This document shows, piece by piece, positions 37,201-50,639 of a stretch of DNA of 64,000 nucleotides (the first letter of the stretch is position 1; each line of letters starts with the position of its first letter). This DNA comes from Zootoca vivipara (lineage: Eukaryota). The position numbers and the translations under genes were made by a program. The notes under the pieces were generated by a model that did no database searches, was not told where the DNA came from, and saw only the letters and a program-made list of their open reading frames with translations. Location of the stretch: positions 620,001 through 684,000 of the forward strand of contig NC_083279.1 in assembly GCF_963506605.1 (NCBI RefSeq). The letters are read 5' to 3'.

Positions 37201-39399
37201 TTAATTTGGATTATATACTTCTAAAATATAACAACCTGAAAATTAACAATAGCGGAGCAGTATCGGTTAGGTTTGCAAAACGTTCTACCAGCGAATTGGT
37301 ATATAGTTGCTTGTTCCTATGTATGGTATCAAAAATGTGAATAAGGAATGTGCTTTTTGTGGACAAGTATTGTAGAATTCAACCTTTTCCTTGTTAACGG
37401 ATATATCTTGGTCTTATCAAAAGTCCTTAGCTAGACAAGATTTATCTTGTGAGCAAACATTGAGAGCTATATTAGGTCTTCTGTAGGAGATTCAGTCATC
37501 AGGGCTGGATGTGTAGGGCTAGCTGCCACAGTAGTGTGTCATAAATAGCTGGAGAGCCATCTGGCCTCAATCTGTTAATACATATTTCCTTTTTACACTC
37601 AAATAGTGTGGGTTTTCCCCTGCTGTATGCAGCAAATGTGATAGCAGTGAGGTGCCTTATTAGAAGGCTGATTAGATTCCATTTCAGGAGGTGTGGTAGT
37701 GTTTGCTGGTGGCAGCAAAAAACAACAACACAGTAGCTTGGCCTACGTTAAAGTGCAAGTTTTCATAGACTTGAGGGGACTTCATCAGATGTGTTATTCT
37801 CAGTTCACAGGTGTGCCCGTATGAAATTACAAAATTCACACAAAAAAGCCTAAGTCTTTGTTGCTACCTAGGTATTTGGTTAAGTTGGAAATACTAATTG
37901 TTGTTGCTGTAGTTTTGCATGTTTACAATAGAATTGTTTGGCTGTTTATTGGTATTTAAATTATTTTGTAGTTAGTGTGTATTGTTTTTCTCTGTTTATT
38001 TTTATTCTGTGTTTCCCCGTTCTGGGATTGGAAACATTCAGTGAAGAGCAAGAAAGATGATACGGGGTGGGGGGGTAGTTTCCTTTGTAATATGACATTT
38101 CCTTAGGCCAGCAGAATTAAATATAAAATTAAATAACCTAGGACAAAATTCTCAATTAAATACCGTAATATGTGAAATAAAATAAAAACTGCAAAAAGCC
38201 TAGTATATTAAAGGAAAACGGACAACTGGCAATAAAATGCCAAAAGTACAGTCTTTGAAAATTCTGTGTAAAATTTAAGATAAGCACATACAAAAATTAA
38301 TTCCAGTAGCAGAAATGGGGGTAGTGCAGTCATCCCAGGTTCGAAATGTTAATTAACACTTGTGTTGGGACTGGACACTATTGTCTCAATTCAAGCCTAA
38401 ACAAATAAATCAAACTTCTTGAATAGGTCTAATTCAACAATTTCACACCAGTCGTCCCTTTAAATTATTTCTTTAGAGAATAACAATGTTCATGTGGGCA
38501 GTGGAGTATCCTTGGAGGCTGAAATGTTCTCCCAATGGATTTCTGAACAAAAAGTTGTGTAGAACCATAGATAACAGAGAAAGCTATTATAAGGTTCTGA
38601 GGAGTAGACTGTAGTTCACAAAAGCATAATCTTATGGCGTTTTTGCTGCTACAGATAATGGCATTAGGCAACTGGGGCTGTTGCATCGTCTGCTTTTGTG
38701 TTGTGTCTCCGTTATGTGGCCTGTTGTTGTTCAAACACTTTCAATCTAAATTTGATATCCTGTAGTTTAAAACCACTGTTTTTATGCTGTAGCTATGCTC
38801 AGCTATTATAGAATCAATTTGCCTCTCTCGTATTTTAATTCTTGCCTGGTAGTCATTGGCAACAAGGAATTGCATGCAACCAAGTGCATGCAATTCCACA
38901 CAGATTAGTGAGCAAGTTGTCAGCGGAGGGATGTAGTAATCCTCTGCGCTCAGCATAGGAACCAAGTGGGCTTCCAGAAATGAGCGGCTCCCTCCTCTAC
39001 ATCCAGAATGGGAATAGTTAAGATTTGCACATAACTGAATTATGGAATTCACTTATCACCAATTTGGAAGGGTTTAGAGGGGTATTAGAATTTTTTTTAA
39101 TGAAGGGTAAGTCTATATCTACCTCTATAACCAGAGCATGCTAGGGAGCAACAGCAGGGCCAGGCTGTTGCGCTCATGTCCTGCTTGGAGACTTATCACA
39201 GGCATCTAGCTGGCCTTGGAGAAAACAGGTTGCTGGTCTAGGTAGGCCTTTGCTCTTGATATAGTAGTGCTTGGCTCTTAAATGCAGTAGGTTTTTACAG
39301 GAGAGATAAAGTTCTCCATCTCTCGACTGCCAGCCCACAGCAGGCTAGTAATGTTTGTGTGCTTATTTACTATGTCTAGAAATGTGTATTCCTCTGTTT

Positions 39400-39550
39400 T
39401 GAAGCGGTTTAGTCATGCTGGCCACATGACCCAGAAAGCTGTCTGTGGACAAATGCCAGCTCCTTCAGCCTGAGGCGAGATAAGTGCTGCATCTCATAGT
39501 CGCCTTTGGCTGGACTTAACCGTCCAGGGTTCCTTTACCTCTTTACCTTC
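39400..39550 (+). mobile_element. Sauria SINE 3' fragment
   Basis: GTCATGCTGGCCACATGACCC and CCTTTA tail; homologous to 45103-45420. Confidence 0.8.
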
Positions 39551-39804
39551 CCCTGGTGTCTTAAGATTGTGACCATTCCTTTAAATACTATGGGAGGAGT
39601 TCAACTCTGTGCTTTTTAAAACATTCTGTCACTGAATACATTTCTGCCTGCCTGGTGGAACATCCTCTCTTTACCACCCCGTATGCTATTCCAGGAGTTC
39701 TTCAACCACCACCCCATGCCAATTTGGGGGGCACATGGTGGAGGAGAGAGGGGAAAGACCATTTGAACCAGCCCTTGCACAGACTTCACTAGCAGGACCA
39801 CATA

Positions 39805-40240
39805 GCTTAATAATTATAATTATAATTCTACCCCACCCACTCTGGACGGCTTTCAACAGAACATTAAAAACAAAACAAAACTTCAAACATTTAAAAACTT
39901 CCCTAAACAGGGCTGCCTTCAGATGTCTTATAAAAGTCGGATAGTCCTTGACGTCTGATGGGAGGGGGTTCCACAGGGCAGGCGCCACTACCGAGAAGGC
40001 CCTCTGCCTGGTTCCCTGTAACCTTACTTCTCACAGGGAGGGAACTGCCAGAAGACCCTCGGTGCTGGACCCCAGCATCCAGGTTGAACGATGGTGGTGG
40101 AGACACTCCTTCAGGTATACTGGGCCAAGGCCGTTTAGGGCTTTAAAGTTCAGCACCAACACTTTGAATTGTGTTCGGAAACGTACTGGGAGCCAATGCC
40201 TTTCAAAACTGGTGCTATATGGTCTCGGCGGCGACTCCCA
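39805..40240 (-). mobile_element. L2-type LINE 3' fragment
   Basis: APALWNPLPSDVK..FIRHLKAALFREVF on minus strand with (ATT)n tail. Confidence 0.8.
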
Positions 40241-40584
40241 TGAATATATTCTACCCCATGAATGTATCCAAGTATGCTGTGTCCCTGCTCTACTTTATCT
40301 GGGCCACTAATCGGGAGCTGCTTCGTGAGCTCTCGCTTATAAAACATGGTACATAAATACCTGAAATAAATTAAAATCTGTGGCACTCCAGGTATTGCTA
40401 GATTACAGCTCCCATCATCCCTGACCAGTGGCCATGCTGGGTGGGGCTGATGGGAATTGAAGTTGCAACACCTGGAGGGCCACAAGTTCCTCATTACTGA
40501 TCTAGGCTAAGGCCTTTATAGCAGACATTGTTTTGGATGTGCATCTTAAAAATATAAAGCGGCTGTGTTTTGAAGACCAGTATA

Positions 40585-40810
40585 CAGTGGTACCTCAGGT
40601 AACAGATGCTTCAGGTTACAGACTCCACTAACCCAGAAATAGTACCTGGGGTTGAGAACTTTGCTTCAGGATGAGAACAGAAATCCTGCACCAGTGACGT
40701 TGCAGCTGCAGGAGCCCCCATTAGCTAAAGTGGTGTCTCAGGTTAAGAACAGTTTCAGGTTAAGAACGGACCTCCGGAACAAATTAACTTCTTAATCCGA
40801 GATACCACTG
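40585..40810. mobile_element. Tc1/mariner-pogo type MITE
   Basis: TA-CAGTGGTACCTC ... GAGATACCACTG-TA. Confidence 0.85.
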
Positions 40811-41470
40811 TATTATGTAAGCACACTCAAGAGGTCAGATTAGCTATGGCTCCCTATATGTTATAACTCTTGCTACTACTCCAGTTTTAGGAAACTTTAT
40901 GAGTGGTTCAGTGTAAATGCATTAACTGCCCAGATAGGACACTCTGGTATTTCAATTTTCGCTTTTTAAAATGTGTTATTTGTCTTCATTGAGCCTCAGA
41001 GGTCAGTAGGAAATAAGCTCAAATACCGTATTTTTTCTTCTATAAGACACCCCCATGTATAAGAACACCCCATATTTTTGCAGCAACAACCAATCGCCAG
41101 TCCACCCTCGGCACTATCTGTGTATAAGACGCCCCCTAATTTTTGACATTTTTAAATGGAAAAAACCCTAGTCTTATACACGGAAAAATGCGGTAAATAA
41201 AAATGACTAGGCTCACTGATCCTCAGCATTCTCATAGTTTTTGTCTAAATGCTTTCTAGTTTATATTGTGAAATGAGAAACAGGCCTTAAGGTTCTTAGT
41301 AGAACATCCTTTACTGGAACAATGTTGTTAATGTAAATCTGTAGCATTGTCTTTATTGATGAAGCATTATAGTGTTGAGCCATCTTCAGTTTTCATAGAC
41401 TTGGAAGGAACTCAGGAGTTATCTAGTCCAACTACCTGCACTTGTAGGTATCTCAACTAAAGCATCCATG

Positions 41471-41560
41471 CATAGCTGCCAAGTTATCCCTTTTTTTAAG
41501 GGATTTTCCCTTATGCTGAATAGGCTTCCTCGCGAGAAAAGGGAAAACTTGGCAGCTATG
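41471..41560. mobile_element. 90-bp hAT-like MITE inserted in a CR1 fragment (~41390-41605)
   Basis: TIR CATAGCTGCCAAGTT(A/T)TCCCTTTT; perfect TSD CATCCATG (41463-70, 41561-68). Confidence 0.88.
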
Positions 41561-42824
41561 CATCCATGACACTTGACCATACAACCTCTGCTTAAAAACC
41601 AATCTCAGTGCTGTGGTTAGTTGATACTGTTTTGAATGTGGGACCATCCTCTAAACTGCTTACTTCATTTCCTTTATCTTTTACAAGAAAGCAGTTGTAA
41701 TATGCTTGAGATTTTAGAAAAAACCATTAAAGATTTCTGTTAAATGTGTGTATCCTAACAGCCTGTGTATGTGTGAGAGAAAGAGCTTTGGCTTCTTCAA
41801 TTTCCATGGTTCAACAGAATTACATAGAAAACAAATGACCATTTTTATCATTTCTTCATTTCTGAAAAAATCATTTTAGTTAACCTAAATTCATTTTGAA
41901 TTAATAACTTGCAATGCACTTTGGAATAATTAAATTGCAGTGGCATACTTATCTTGTTTTTCCAAACAGACTTATCCCACCCATATAGAAGTCTGTACAC
42001 TACTGTTTGGTCAGCTCTGTTGCTTAAGAATAAATCATTTTCTTTTCTTTTTACATCAGTTGCTATAAAATATTAGCCACCTGTGAGAATTTGCATATTT
42101 GGAAGAACCTTCTGTTTGATTTTTTTTTGGCTGTATTCCAAGGTTTGTATGTGTGTTTTTAAATGGTTTAGAAAGGAAAGCAGAAATTGAGCCATTTCAA
42201 ATCTTTCTGGTTAATTACTCTTAGAGGCACTGTATGTTAGGAAAATAAAGACACAATTTCTTAATTAATCTTGAAAAAATAAAGCAAACATTCTGAAATG
42301 CCAGTGGGCAAATGCATGGGACAGAACCATGGCTATTCTGCTTAATAGCGATTATGTTGTACACAAGCTGAAGCCAGAGCCCTGTGTCGTCTGGGCAACT
42401 CCAGTTGCCATAGCAATGGAACTCTGTTGCAGGAGCAGGGTGAATGCTAATTGTAGCCATTTGTTGTTCCCTTCTGAGTCTTTAACTTAGCATGGTTGCA
42501 AAGCAGTCTGAGGTGCTGGGTGCGCAATATTGAGAACCCAAAAAGTACTGTTACTCAAGGAAACTGAATGCTTGACTTGGAAGTAATTATTTCAGCAGTC
42601 AACAGTGCTGACAGTGCCATTTTGTGAGCAGGGATACAATCTGATTTTGTTGATTGGAAAGGGAGAAATTCAGGGATAGAGAGCTGTTTAAAAGCTGGTT
42701 TGTTATTATTTATCTATTTCCAACATTTGTATGCCATTCCACACAGTTTACAGTTAGTAAGTAAGGATAATGCAAATATAATAATAAAAGACAAAACCTG
42801 TTTTTTAAAAAATGAAATGCCCGT

Positions 42825-42996
42825 TTAGAATCATAGAGTTGGAAGAGATCACAAGGGCCATCCAGTCCAACCCCCTGGCAAGCAGGAAACACCACCAAAG
42901 CATTCTTGACACATGGCTGTCAAGCCTCTGCTTAAAGACCTCCTAAGAAGGAGACTCCACCACACTTCTTGGCAGCAAATTCCACTGTCGAACAGT
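42825..42996 (-). mobile_element. CR1 LINE 3' fragment
   Basis: TAGAATCATAGAGTTGGAAG ... CATCCAGTCCAACCCCCTG. Confidence 0.82.
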
Positions 42997-43117
42997 TTAA
43001 AAGACCTGGGTGTCCCAAAGGCTGCAAAGATGGTGCCAGATGAGCTTCCAGTCTGCTCCATTACTAGGTGTCACTAATTAAAAGGGCTTTTATCTGGTAG
43101 TTATCCACCTCACATTA

Positions 43118-43515
43118 GAACCAATGTGGCACAATGGTTAGAGTGTTGGAGTAGGACTTGGGAGAGCAGGATTCGAATCCCCGCTCAGCCATGAAGGTCA
43201 CTGGTAACCTTGAGCCAGTCACAGTCTCTTAGCCTAACCTACCTCACAGGATTGTTGTGAGGATGAAATGGGGAAGAGGAGAACCATGTACATCAGGCAT
43301 CCCCAAACTGCGGCCCTCCAGATGTTTTGGCCTACAACTCCCATGATCCCTAGCTAAGAGGACCAGTGGTCTGGGATGATGGGAATTGTAGTCCAAAACA
43401 TCTGGAGGGCCAAAGTTTGGGGATGCCTGATGTACACCATCTTGAGATCCTTGGAAGATAAAGGTGATATATAAATGTAAATACTACTATTACTACTACT
43501 ACTAATAATAATAAT
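43118..43515 (+). mobile_element. tRNA-derived MIR/CORE-like SINE interrupted by hAT MITE
   Basis: A-box-like TGGCACAATGG, B-box GATTCGAATCC, CTCACAGGATTGTTGTGAGGAT core, (TAC/TAA)n tail. Confidence 0.75.
43294..43429. mobile_element. hAT MITE family B
   Basis: TIR CAGGCATCCCCAAACT; TSD ATGTACAT/ATGTACAC. Confidence 0.9.
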
Positions 43516-43974
43516 ATATGGTGGGTGTGTACATGGAGCAGGGTGTCTGAAGACAATTTTCCTGCATTGCAGAGAGTTGGACTAGATGACCCTTGAGGTC
43601 CCTTCCAACTCTACAATTATATGATTCAAGATCCTTAGGGATTTACCAGTTAAAAGCAGCTATTTAAATTTGGCCCAGAGACAGATTGAGAGTCAGTGCA
43701 ACAGACAGAACACAGAATGAATATGTTCAAATGACACAATCCAGTTAATAATCTTGCAACCCATTCTAGACAACTGCAATGTCCAGACCACTTTTAATGT
43801 CATGTATAGTGCATTACAGCCTAAATGAGAGTTTACCATGGCACCAAATGAAGCATTTTTCTTTGTAGATTTGGCTTGAGCCTGCAAAGAAAAAATGTTC
43901 CTTTGGATAAATGACTCTGCATAGGTACACTGGAAGCTTCCTTATTGGTCAACCTGGCTCAGTACTGTCTACAC

Positions 43975-44227
43975 CAGGGATAGGCAACCTAAGGCCCAGG
44001 GGCCGAATGCAGCCCAATCACCTTATCAATCCGGGCCGTGGACGGTCTGGGAATCAGTGTGTTTTTACATGAGTAGAATGTGTCCTTTTATTTAAAATGC
44101 ATCTCTGGGTTATTTGTGGGGCATAGGAATTCGTTCTTTTTCCCCCCTTCTAAAATATAGTCCGGCCCACCACATGGTCTGAGGAATGGTTGAGCGGCCC
44201 CCTGCTGAAAAAGGTTGCTGACCCCTG
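43975..44227. mobile_element. hAT MITE
   Basis: CAGGGATAGGCAACCT / AGGTTGCTGACCCCTG; perfect TSD GTCTACAC. Confidence 0.88.
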
Positions 44228-44389
44228 GTCTACACCCATGGTTTCAGACATAGACAAGTGAAACCAACTGCCTGCCTGTCTCTTTGATCCTTGCCCATGT
44301 TGGCTAATAAAAGCAAGCCTGGAAGGACTGGATGATGGGCTCCACGGGGTGGTGAATGCTTCCCTCTGTGTTGGGAGTCTTCCCAGACG

Positions 44390-45635
44390 CATTGAAAGAA
44401 GTGGTAATTAAACTGCTTCTTAAAAAAACATATTTGTACCTGGCCACAATGGCCAACTATCGTCCAGTCTCCATTCTCCATTCTTGAGTAAGGTGATTGA
44501 GTGGGTGGTCTCTGAACAACTCCAGGCATGTCTGGAGGATGCAGACCATTTGGATTCCTTCCAATCGGGATTCAGGCATCATCATGGGACTGAAACTTGG
44601 TCATGTTGGTTGATGATCTCCAGCAGGCTAAGGACAAAGGTGAAAGCTGCTTCACAGTTCTGCTGGATCTCTCAGCGGCCTTTGATACCATCGACCATGG
44701 TATCCTTCTGGAGTGGCTAGAGGGGATGGGAGCTGGGGGCACTATAATATAGTGGTTCTGCTCCTTCCTCCTGGGTCGTGTCCAGAAAGTGGTGTTGGAG
44801 AATGAGTGTTCAGACCCTGGGCTCTCACTTGTGGGGTGCCTCAGGGTCCCGTCCTCTCCCCTATGCTTTTCAACATCTATATGAAGCCGTTGGGAGAGAT
44901 CATCAGGGGGTTTGGGCTGGGTTTTCATCAGTATGTGGATAATGTACAGCTCTACCTCTTTTAAATCAGAACCGGTGAAGGTAGTGAATGTCTTGTGTGA
45001 GTGCCTGAAGGTGGTTGGAGGATGGATGGCAGCTAACAGATTGAGGTTGAATCCTGACAAGACAGAAGCACTGTTTTGGGGGGCTAGGGGGTGGGTGGGG
45101 GTGTAAAGGTAAAGGGCCCCCTGACCATCAGGTCCAGTCGAGGGAGCCGGCGTTTGTCCGCAGACGGCTTCCGGGTCATGTGGCCAGCATGACAAAGCTG
45201 CTTCTGGCAAATCAGAGCAGCGCACGGAAACGCCGTTTGCCTTCCCGCCGGAGCGATCCCTATTTATCTACTTGCACTTTGATGTGCTTTCGAACTGCTA
45301 GGTGGACAGGAGCTGGGACCGAGCAACGGGAGCTCACCCCATTGCAGGGATTCGAACCGCCGACCTTCTGATCAGCAAGCCCTAGACTCTGTGCTTTAAC
45401 TCACAGCGCCACCTGGGTCCTGGGTGGGGGGTTTAACTGCCCCTAAAGGACCAGGTGCACAGCTTGGGAGTAATTTCAGACTCACAGCTGTCCATGGAGG
45501 CACAGGTCTATTCTGTGTCCAGGGCAGCTGTCTACCAGCTCCATCTGGTACACAGGCTGAAACCCTACCTGCCCGCAGACTTTTCTCACCAAAGTGGTGC
45601 ATGCCCTGGTTATCTTCCTCTTGGACTACTGGACT
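44390..45635 (+). mobile_element. L2-type LINE RT fragment (frameshifted), split by a Sauria SINE
   Basis: NYRPVS, FQSGFR..HGTET, DLSAAFDTIDH, GVPQG, WMAANRLRLNPDKTE motifs. Confidence 0.88.
45103..45420 (-). mobile_element. Sauria SINE (Squam1)
   Basis: GTAAAGGTAAAGG tail, GGGTCATGTGGCCAGCATGAC, B-box GGATTCGAACC, CACAGCGCCACC head; flanked by TGGGTGGGGG duplication. Confidence 0.9.
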
Positions 45636-46230
45636 TCTGGAGGGTGCCAAGGAAGAGGCTAGGCTGGACATGTAATTAAAAATAAGACATCCCCTGAAAA
45701 TAAGCCATCGTGTTTTGTTTTGTTTTTTGAGGAAAAATAAATATAAGACGGTGTCTTATTTTCGTAGAAACATGGCACATAGCATAGGTAGAGAATTACA
45801 GACTGTGCAATCTACATAAAGGAATCAATTATATGTGTACAGAAAACTACGATATGTGCTCTGGTTGTCCACCCTTTTTCTTTTTCTTACCAGGCCTATT
45901 TTATTGTACAACTGGTTGTATATTACTGGAGCAAGAGAAGCTTCTATTACAAAGACATACTGTATTTTTTCATGTATAAGATTTTTGGGTTTTTTTAACA
46001 AAAAAATTAGGTTTAAAATGGGAGCTCGTCTTATACATGGGTAGTGCTGAGGGGTGTTTTCTTAATCTGGAGTCCCCCCAAATAGGGGATGAAAAATACA
46101 GTATGTATCTAAAAGAATAAATGATCAGAGCACATCACCTACAGTAGGCCTGTATTTGAGCTATACATACGGAAACATCCTAAGAGATGGCCCAACAAGT
46201 AAAAAACTCATTGCTGGTGGAATGCTTGTA

Positions 46231-46469
46231 CAGTCATACCTCGGGTTGCGTCCACTGCGGGTTGCGTTTTTCTGGGTTGCAAACGCGGCAGACCCGGAAG
46301 TGTTTACTGCTGGGTTCTGCTGCATGCGCAGAAGTGTTTGCGCTTCACATGCGCAGAAACGCTCTATTGCGCTTTCACGCATGCGCTCTATCGCCGCTTG
46401 GGTTGTGGACTTTTCGGGATGCGAACGGCACCCCGGAACGGATTGGGTCCGCAACCCGAGGTACCACTA
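46231..46469. mobile_element. Tc1/mariner-pogo type MITE, CpG-rich
   Basis: TA-CAGTCATACCTCGGGTTGCG ... CGCAACCCGAGGTACCACT. Confidence 0.8.
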
Positions 46470-48845
46470 CATCACAGAGAAAAGTCGCATCATAACATTT
46501 TAGCTTTCTGTAGACATAGGGTGTTTGTGGGCAAGTGTCTAATTCCCTACCTTTTGTTCTGCAGTGGTATAGTCCCAGGAAAAATGCCATGTAATGTTTC
46601 TGAATATATGAAGATATTCTGTCTTCAGCATTGAAAAATGATTCCTCAGGTTCCCAAGTTCTTTTATAGCAAGGAAACACACAGAACTCTTGAGTGTGTT
46701 TCTAATAGTTAGCAGATGTAACATTTCAAATAGTTGGAATATTAACTCATATGGACTTGCTTTGATTAAAGTTAGTAGCACTATAATGATAATGTGATAA
46801 CTGATGAAAATGTTCATATACTATATGAAACTTATAGTTTACTGTGGATTTACAGGGTTTGAATAAAAATTAGATGGCTCTCTGATTCTGATAGCAATAT
46901 GACCTTTATTCTGTGTATATATGTTGAATTTATTTCAAATACAGCAAATGGCTTCTATCCCTTTATACTTGGGATTTATTATGTACACAGCTGTTTAAAA
47001 TGAAATTGCATTACTATTTCAAAAGATGATCTCAGGCAAAAGACATTTTGATGAGCTCTTCATAATGCTTTCTTCCTCTGCCCAAATCTTCTCCTTGCAC
47101 TTCCATTTCATAAGTCAAGCTTCCTATGGATTCAAAGAGCCCTGTAAAAGCACCTAAAGCACTTATACATGTTAACAGATGTTCTCTTAATTTTTCTCCC
47201 TTTAAGCAACATTCTTCTCACTTTATTCTGTTCTACTCCAAAAGGACCCCACACTCAAGAACAGATGGGGCGTGGAAGCACATCTGAATCTTTCAGGTGT
47301 CATTGGTATCCAAAATAACCCCCACTCTATTTTTGTCATCTTCCTCCATCTCTTCCACGCCTCACTTCAAAAGCCACTGCTTTAACAGTACCGTTCTTGA
47401 GGTATCCCATCCTTTAACTCAATTTCCAGTGCCATCTTGTACTTTTCATTCACTGCCCCTACTCTTTATATGTTTGCATTTTAAAGGTCTCTAGACCGAG
47501 ACCATGTAGCTTCTGAGTTTTGTGCAGCCCCTAGCACACTCTAGCCACTTTAAATAGTGGTATTAATTTCCTTTTTGTCTGTACTGCACCTGACAGTCCT
47601 CAACTTGAGTATGTCGCAATTTAGTCATCATGAATAGCTTTTGAATAACATTTGTCCTTTTCTTGATTTATGTCCTAAACGATTCCTTACTTCATTATAA
47701 AATGATCAGCATATTATGAAGTGGGAATGTAAAGAGAATTTATCAAGGTAAACTGCAGCTAGTTATCCCATTGAAGTTATGTCACAGATATTTCAGCAAG
47801 GTCCCTGCCTCTGGCATTTACTATCCAAATGACTTGTGGCAGAAGATTATAGATCTTTCTTAGGAGGTAAAGGTTGGAGTGATTCCACCCCCCACCCCAT
47901 TGAAGGCAAGTATTGGCTTATTTAATAGTTCTTCCTTCTGTCAAACCTGCATTCATTATGTACCATTTGGCTAATCTTACAGGTAAGGAAATACACAGTT
48001 CTGTGACTTCATGGCCTCTTCTCATCTATAGTAAATTTGACTTATCAAGGGCAAGCCATGAGAGCACAGCTTTTCTGCAGGTTTGATGGGGAATGTCAGC
48101 TGCTATACCTTTGCAAGGATCCTTGGGGATTTTAGTAACAAGTCTGATATAACTGTAAAAAGCATCAGCTATTCTGGCTGATTTAACCTCATACAGCATT
48201 TGTAGTAGATGGGAAGAGCACCTGCCTATGGTTGCATAAATAGGTAGAATGCTTCAGGTTGTTTTACATGGTGTTATATTTCTTCCACTAAAAATATAAA
48301 TGAAAAACACAATGGATTACATAGGCTGCATTATGAAAGGCATCATATAGCAAGTTTTGAGACTATTATCATTATCTCTTGGTTCCCATCTGCAATGGCT
48401 CCCCCCTTTTTTACTCTATCCAAAATATAATGAATGCCACAGTCCATAAATATATGAAATCCAGGCTAGGACATTGCTTTTGTGGTAAATTAAAGTGGCA
48501 GGTGGCTACCATGGATGAGTAATACGAGGTAGGCTTGGCTTCCTTTCAAAAATGGCATTGCCACCACCCAACACTAAAACACTGCCTGGAGGTCTGATGA
48601 GGAGGGTGGTAAGTTGTGCTGCTACTGTTGTCATTGTAGAAGCAGCCGCCGATCAGAGGGTGGAATGCAGCCCCATTGAGTGTGTATCTATGTTGGGGGC
48701 AGCATTAGAAGCACTTTGCCTAAGCCCCCCAACTCTGGTTGGTGCCAGCCTTGCCTCAAAATATATCTTCACATATTTTCGGCATGGAAAATGCTTTTTC
48801 TCAAAATGTACTTATTTAAAGTACTTATTTATATTTATATATTTA

Positions 48846-50525
48846 TAAACGAGCAATGCAAAAAAATAGAGGAAAACAACAGAATGGGAAAAACCAGAGA
48901 TCTGTTCAAGAACATTGGAGATATGAAAGGAAGATTTCGTACAAAGATTACCATAATAAAGGACAAAAGTGGAACAGAAGCAGAAGACATCAAGAAGAGG
49001 TGGCAAGAATACACAGAGGAATTGTACCAGAAAGATATGGAGGTCTCGTACACCCCAGGTAGTGTGGTTGCTGACCTTGAGCCAGACATCCTGGAGAGTG
49101 AAGTCAAATGGGCCTTAGAAAGCACTACTAATTACAAGGCCAGTGGAAGTGATGATATTGCAGCTGAACTATTTAAAACTCAGCAGTGGCCAGAGGATTG
49201 GAGAATATCAGTCTACAGCCCAATCCCAAAGAAGGGGAGTGCCAAAGAATGCTCCAACTACCGCACAATTGCGCTCATTTCACATGCTAGCAAGGTTATG
49301 TTTAAAATTCTACATTACAGGGTTAAGCAGTATGTGGACCGAGAACTCCCAGAAGTGCAAGCTGGATTTCAAAGGGGCAGGGGAACCAGAAACCAAATTG
49401 CAAACATGCGCTGGATTATGGATAAAGATAGAGAGTTCCAGAAAAACATCTACTTCTGCTTCATTGACCACGCAAAAGCATTTGACTGTGTCGACAACAG
49501 CAAACTATGGCAAGTTTTTAAAGAAATTGAAGTGCCTGATCACCTCATCTGTCTCCTGAGAAATCTCTATGTGGGACAAGAAGCTACAGTTAGAACTGGA
49601 TATGGAACAACTGATTGGTTGTTCAAAATTGGGAAAGGAGTACGACAAGGCTGTAGTGTATATTGTCTCTTGTTTATTTAACTTATATGCAGAATTCATC
49701 ATGCGAAAGCCTGGAATGGATGAATCCCAAGCCGGAATTAAGATTGCCGGAAGAAATATAAACAACCTCAGATATGCTGATGACACAACCTTGATGGCAG
49801 AAAGTGAGGAGGAATTAAAGAACCTTTTAATGAGGGTGAAAGAGGAGAGCGCAAAATATGGTCTGAAGCTCAACATCAAAAAACTAAGATCATGGCCACT
49901 GGTCCCATCACCTGGCAAATAGAAGGGGAAGAAATGGAGGCAGTGAGAGATTTTACTTTCTTGGGTTCCATGATCACTGCAGATGGTGACAGCAGTCACG
50001 GAATTAAAGGACACCTGCTTCTTGGGAGAAAAGCAATGACAAACCTAGACAGCATCTTAAAAAGCAGAGACATCACCTTGCCGACAAAGGTCCGTATAGT
50101 TAAAGCTATGGTTTTCCCAGTAGTGATGTATGGAAGTGAGAGCTGGACCATAAAGAAGGCTGATCGCTGAATAATTGATGCTTTTGAATTATGGTGCTGG
50201 AGGAGACTCTTGAGAGTCCCATGGACTGCAAGAAGATCAAACCTATCCATTCTTAAGGAAATCAGCCCTGAGTGCTCACTGGAAGGACAGATCCTGAAAC
50301 TGAGGCTCCAATACTTTGGCCACCTCATGAGAAGAGAAGATTCCCTGGAAAAGACCCTGATGTTGGGAAAGATTGAGGGCACAAGGAGAAGGGGACGACA
50401 GAGGATGAGATGGTTGGACAGTGTTCTCGAAGCTACCAACATGAGTCTGACCAAACTGCGGGAGGCAGTGGAAGACAGGAGTGCCTGGCGTGCTCTGGTC
50501 CATGGGGTCACAAAGAGTCGGACAC
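48846..50525 (+). mobile_element. RTE-BovB LINE, 5'-truncated, with frameshifts and stops
   Basis: EQCKKIEENNRMGKTRDLFK, ECSNYRTIALISHASKV, INNLRYADDTTLMAESEEELK, RRRGRQRMRWLD, AWRALVHGVTKSRT are characteristic BovB ORF segments. Confidence 0.96.
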
Positions 50526-50639
50526 TCGGAGCAGTTTACATAGTAAAATTGAGCAACAATGTACAGTGCTACCTTGGTTTAAGAACAGTTTAGTTTATGA
50601 ACCACTTGGATTAAGAACACTGCAAACCCGGAAGTAGGT

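Noticed and set aside
37690-37800. Additional hammerhead (minus-strand CTGATGAAG near 37780-37790)
   Set aside because: Looks like an old Penelope remnant, but stem II and stem I are too degenerate to call a ribozyme.
43118-43195. tRNA gene (also ~32660 and ~45345)
   Set aside because: A/B boxes continue into SINE bodies; no complete cloverleaf.
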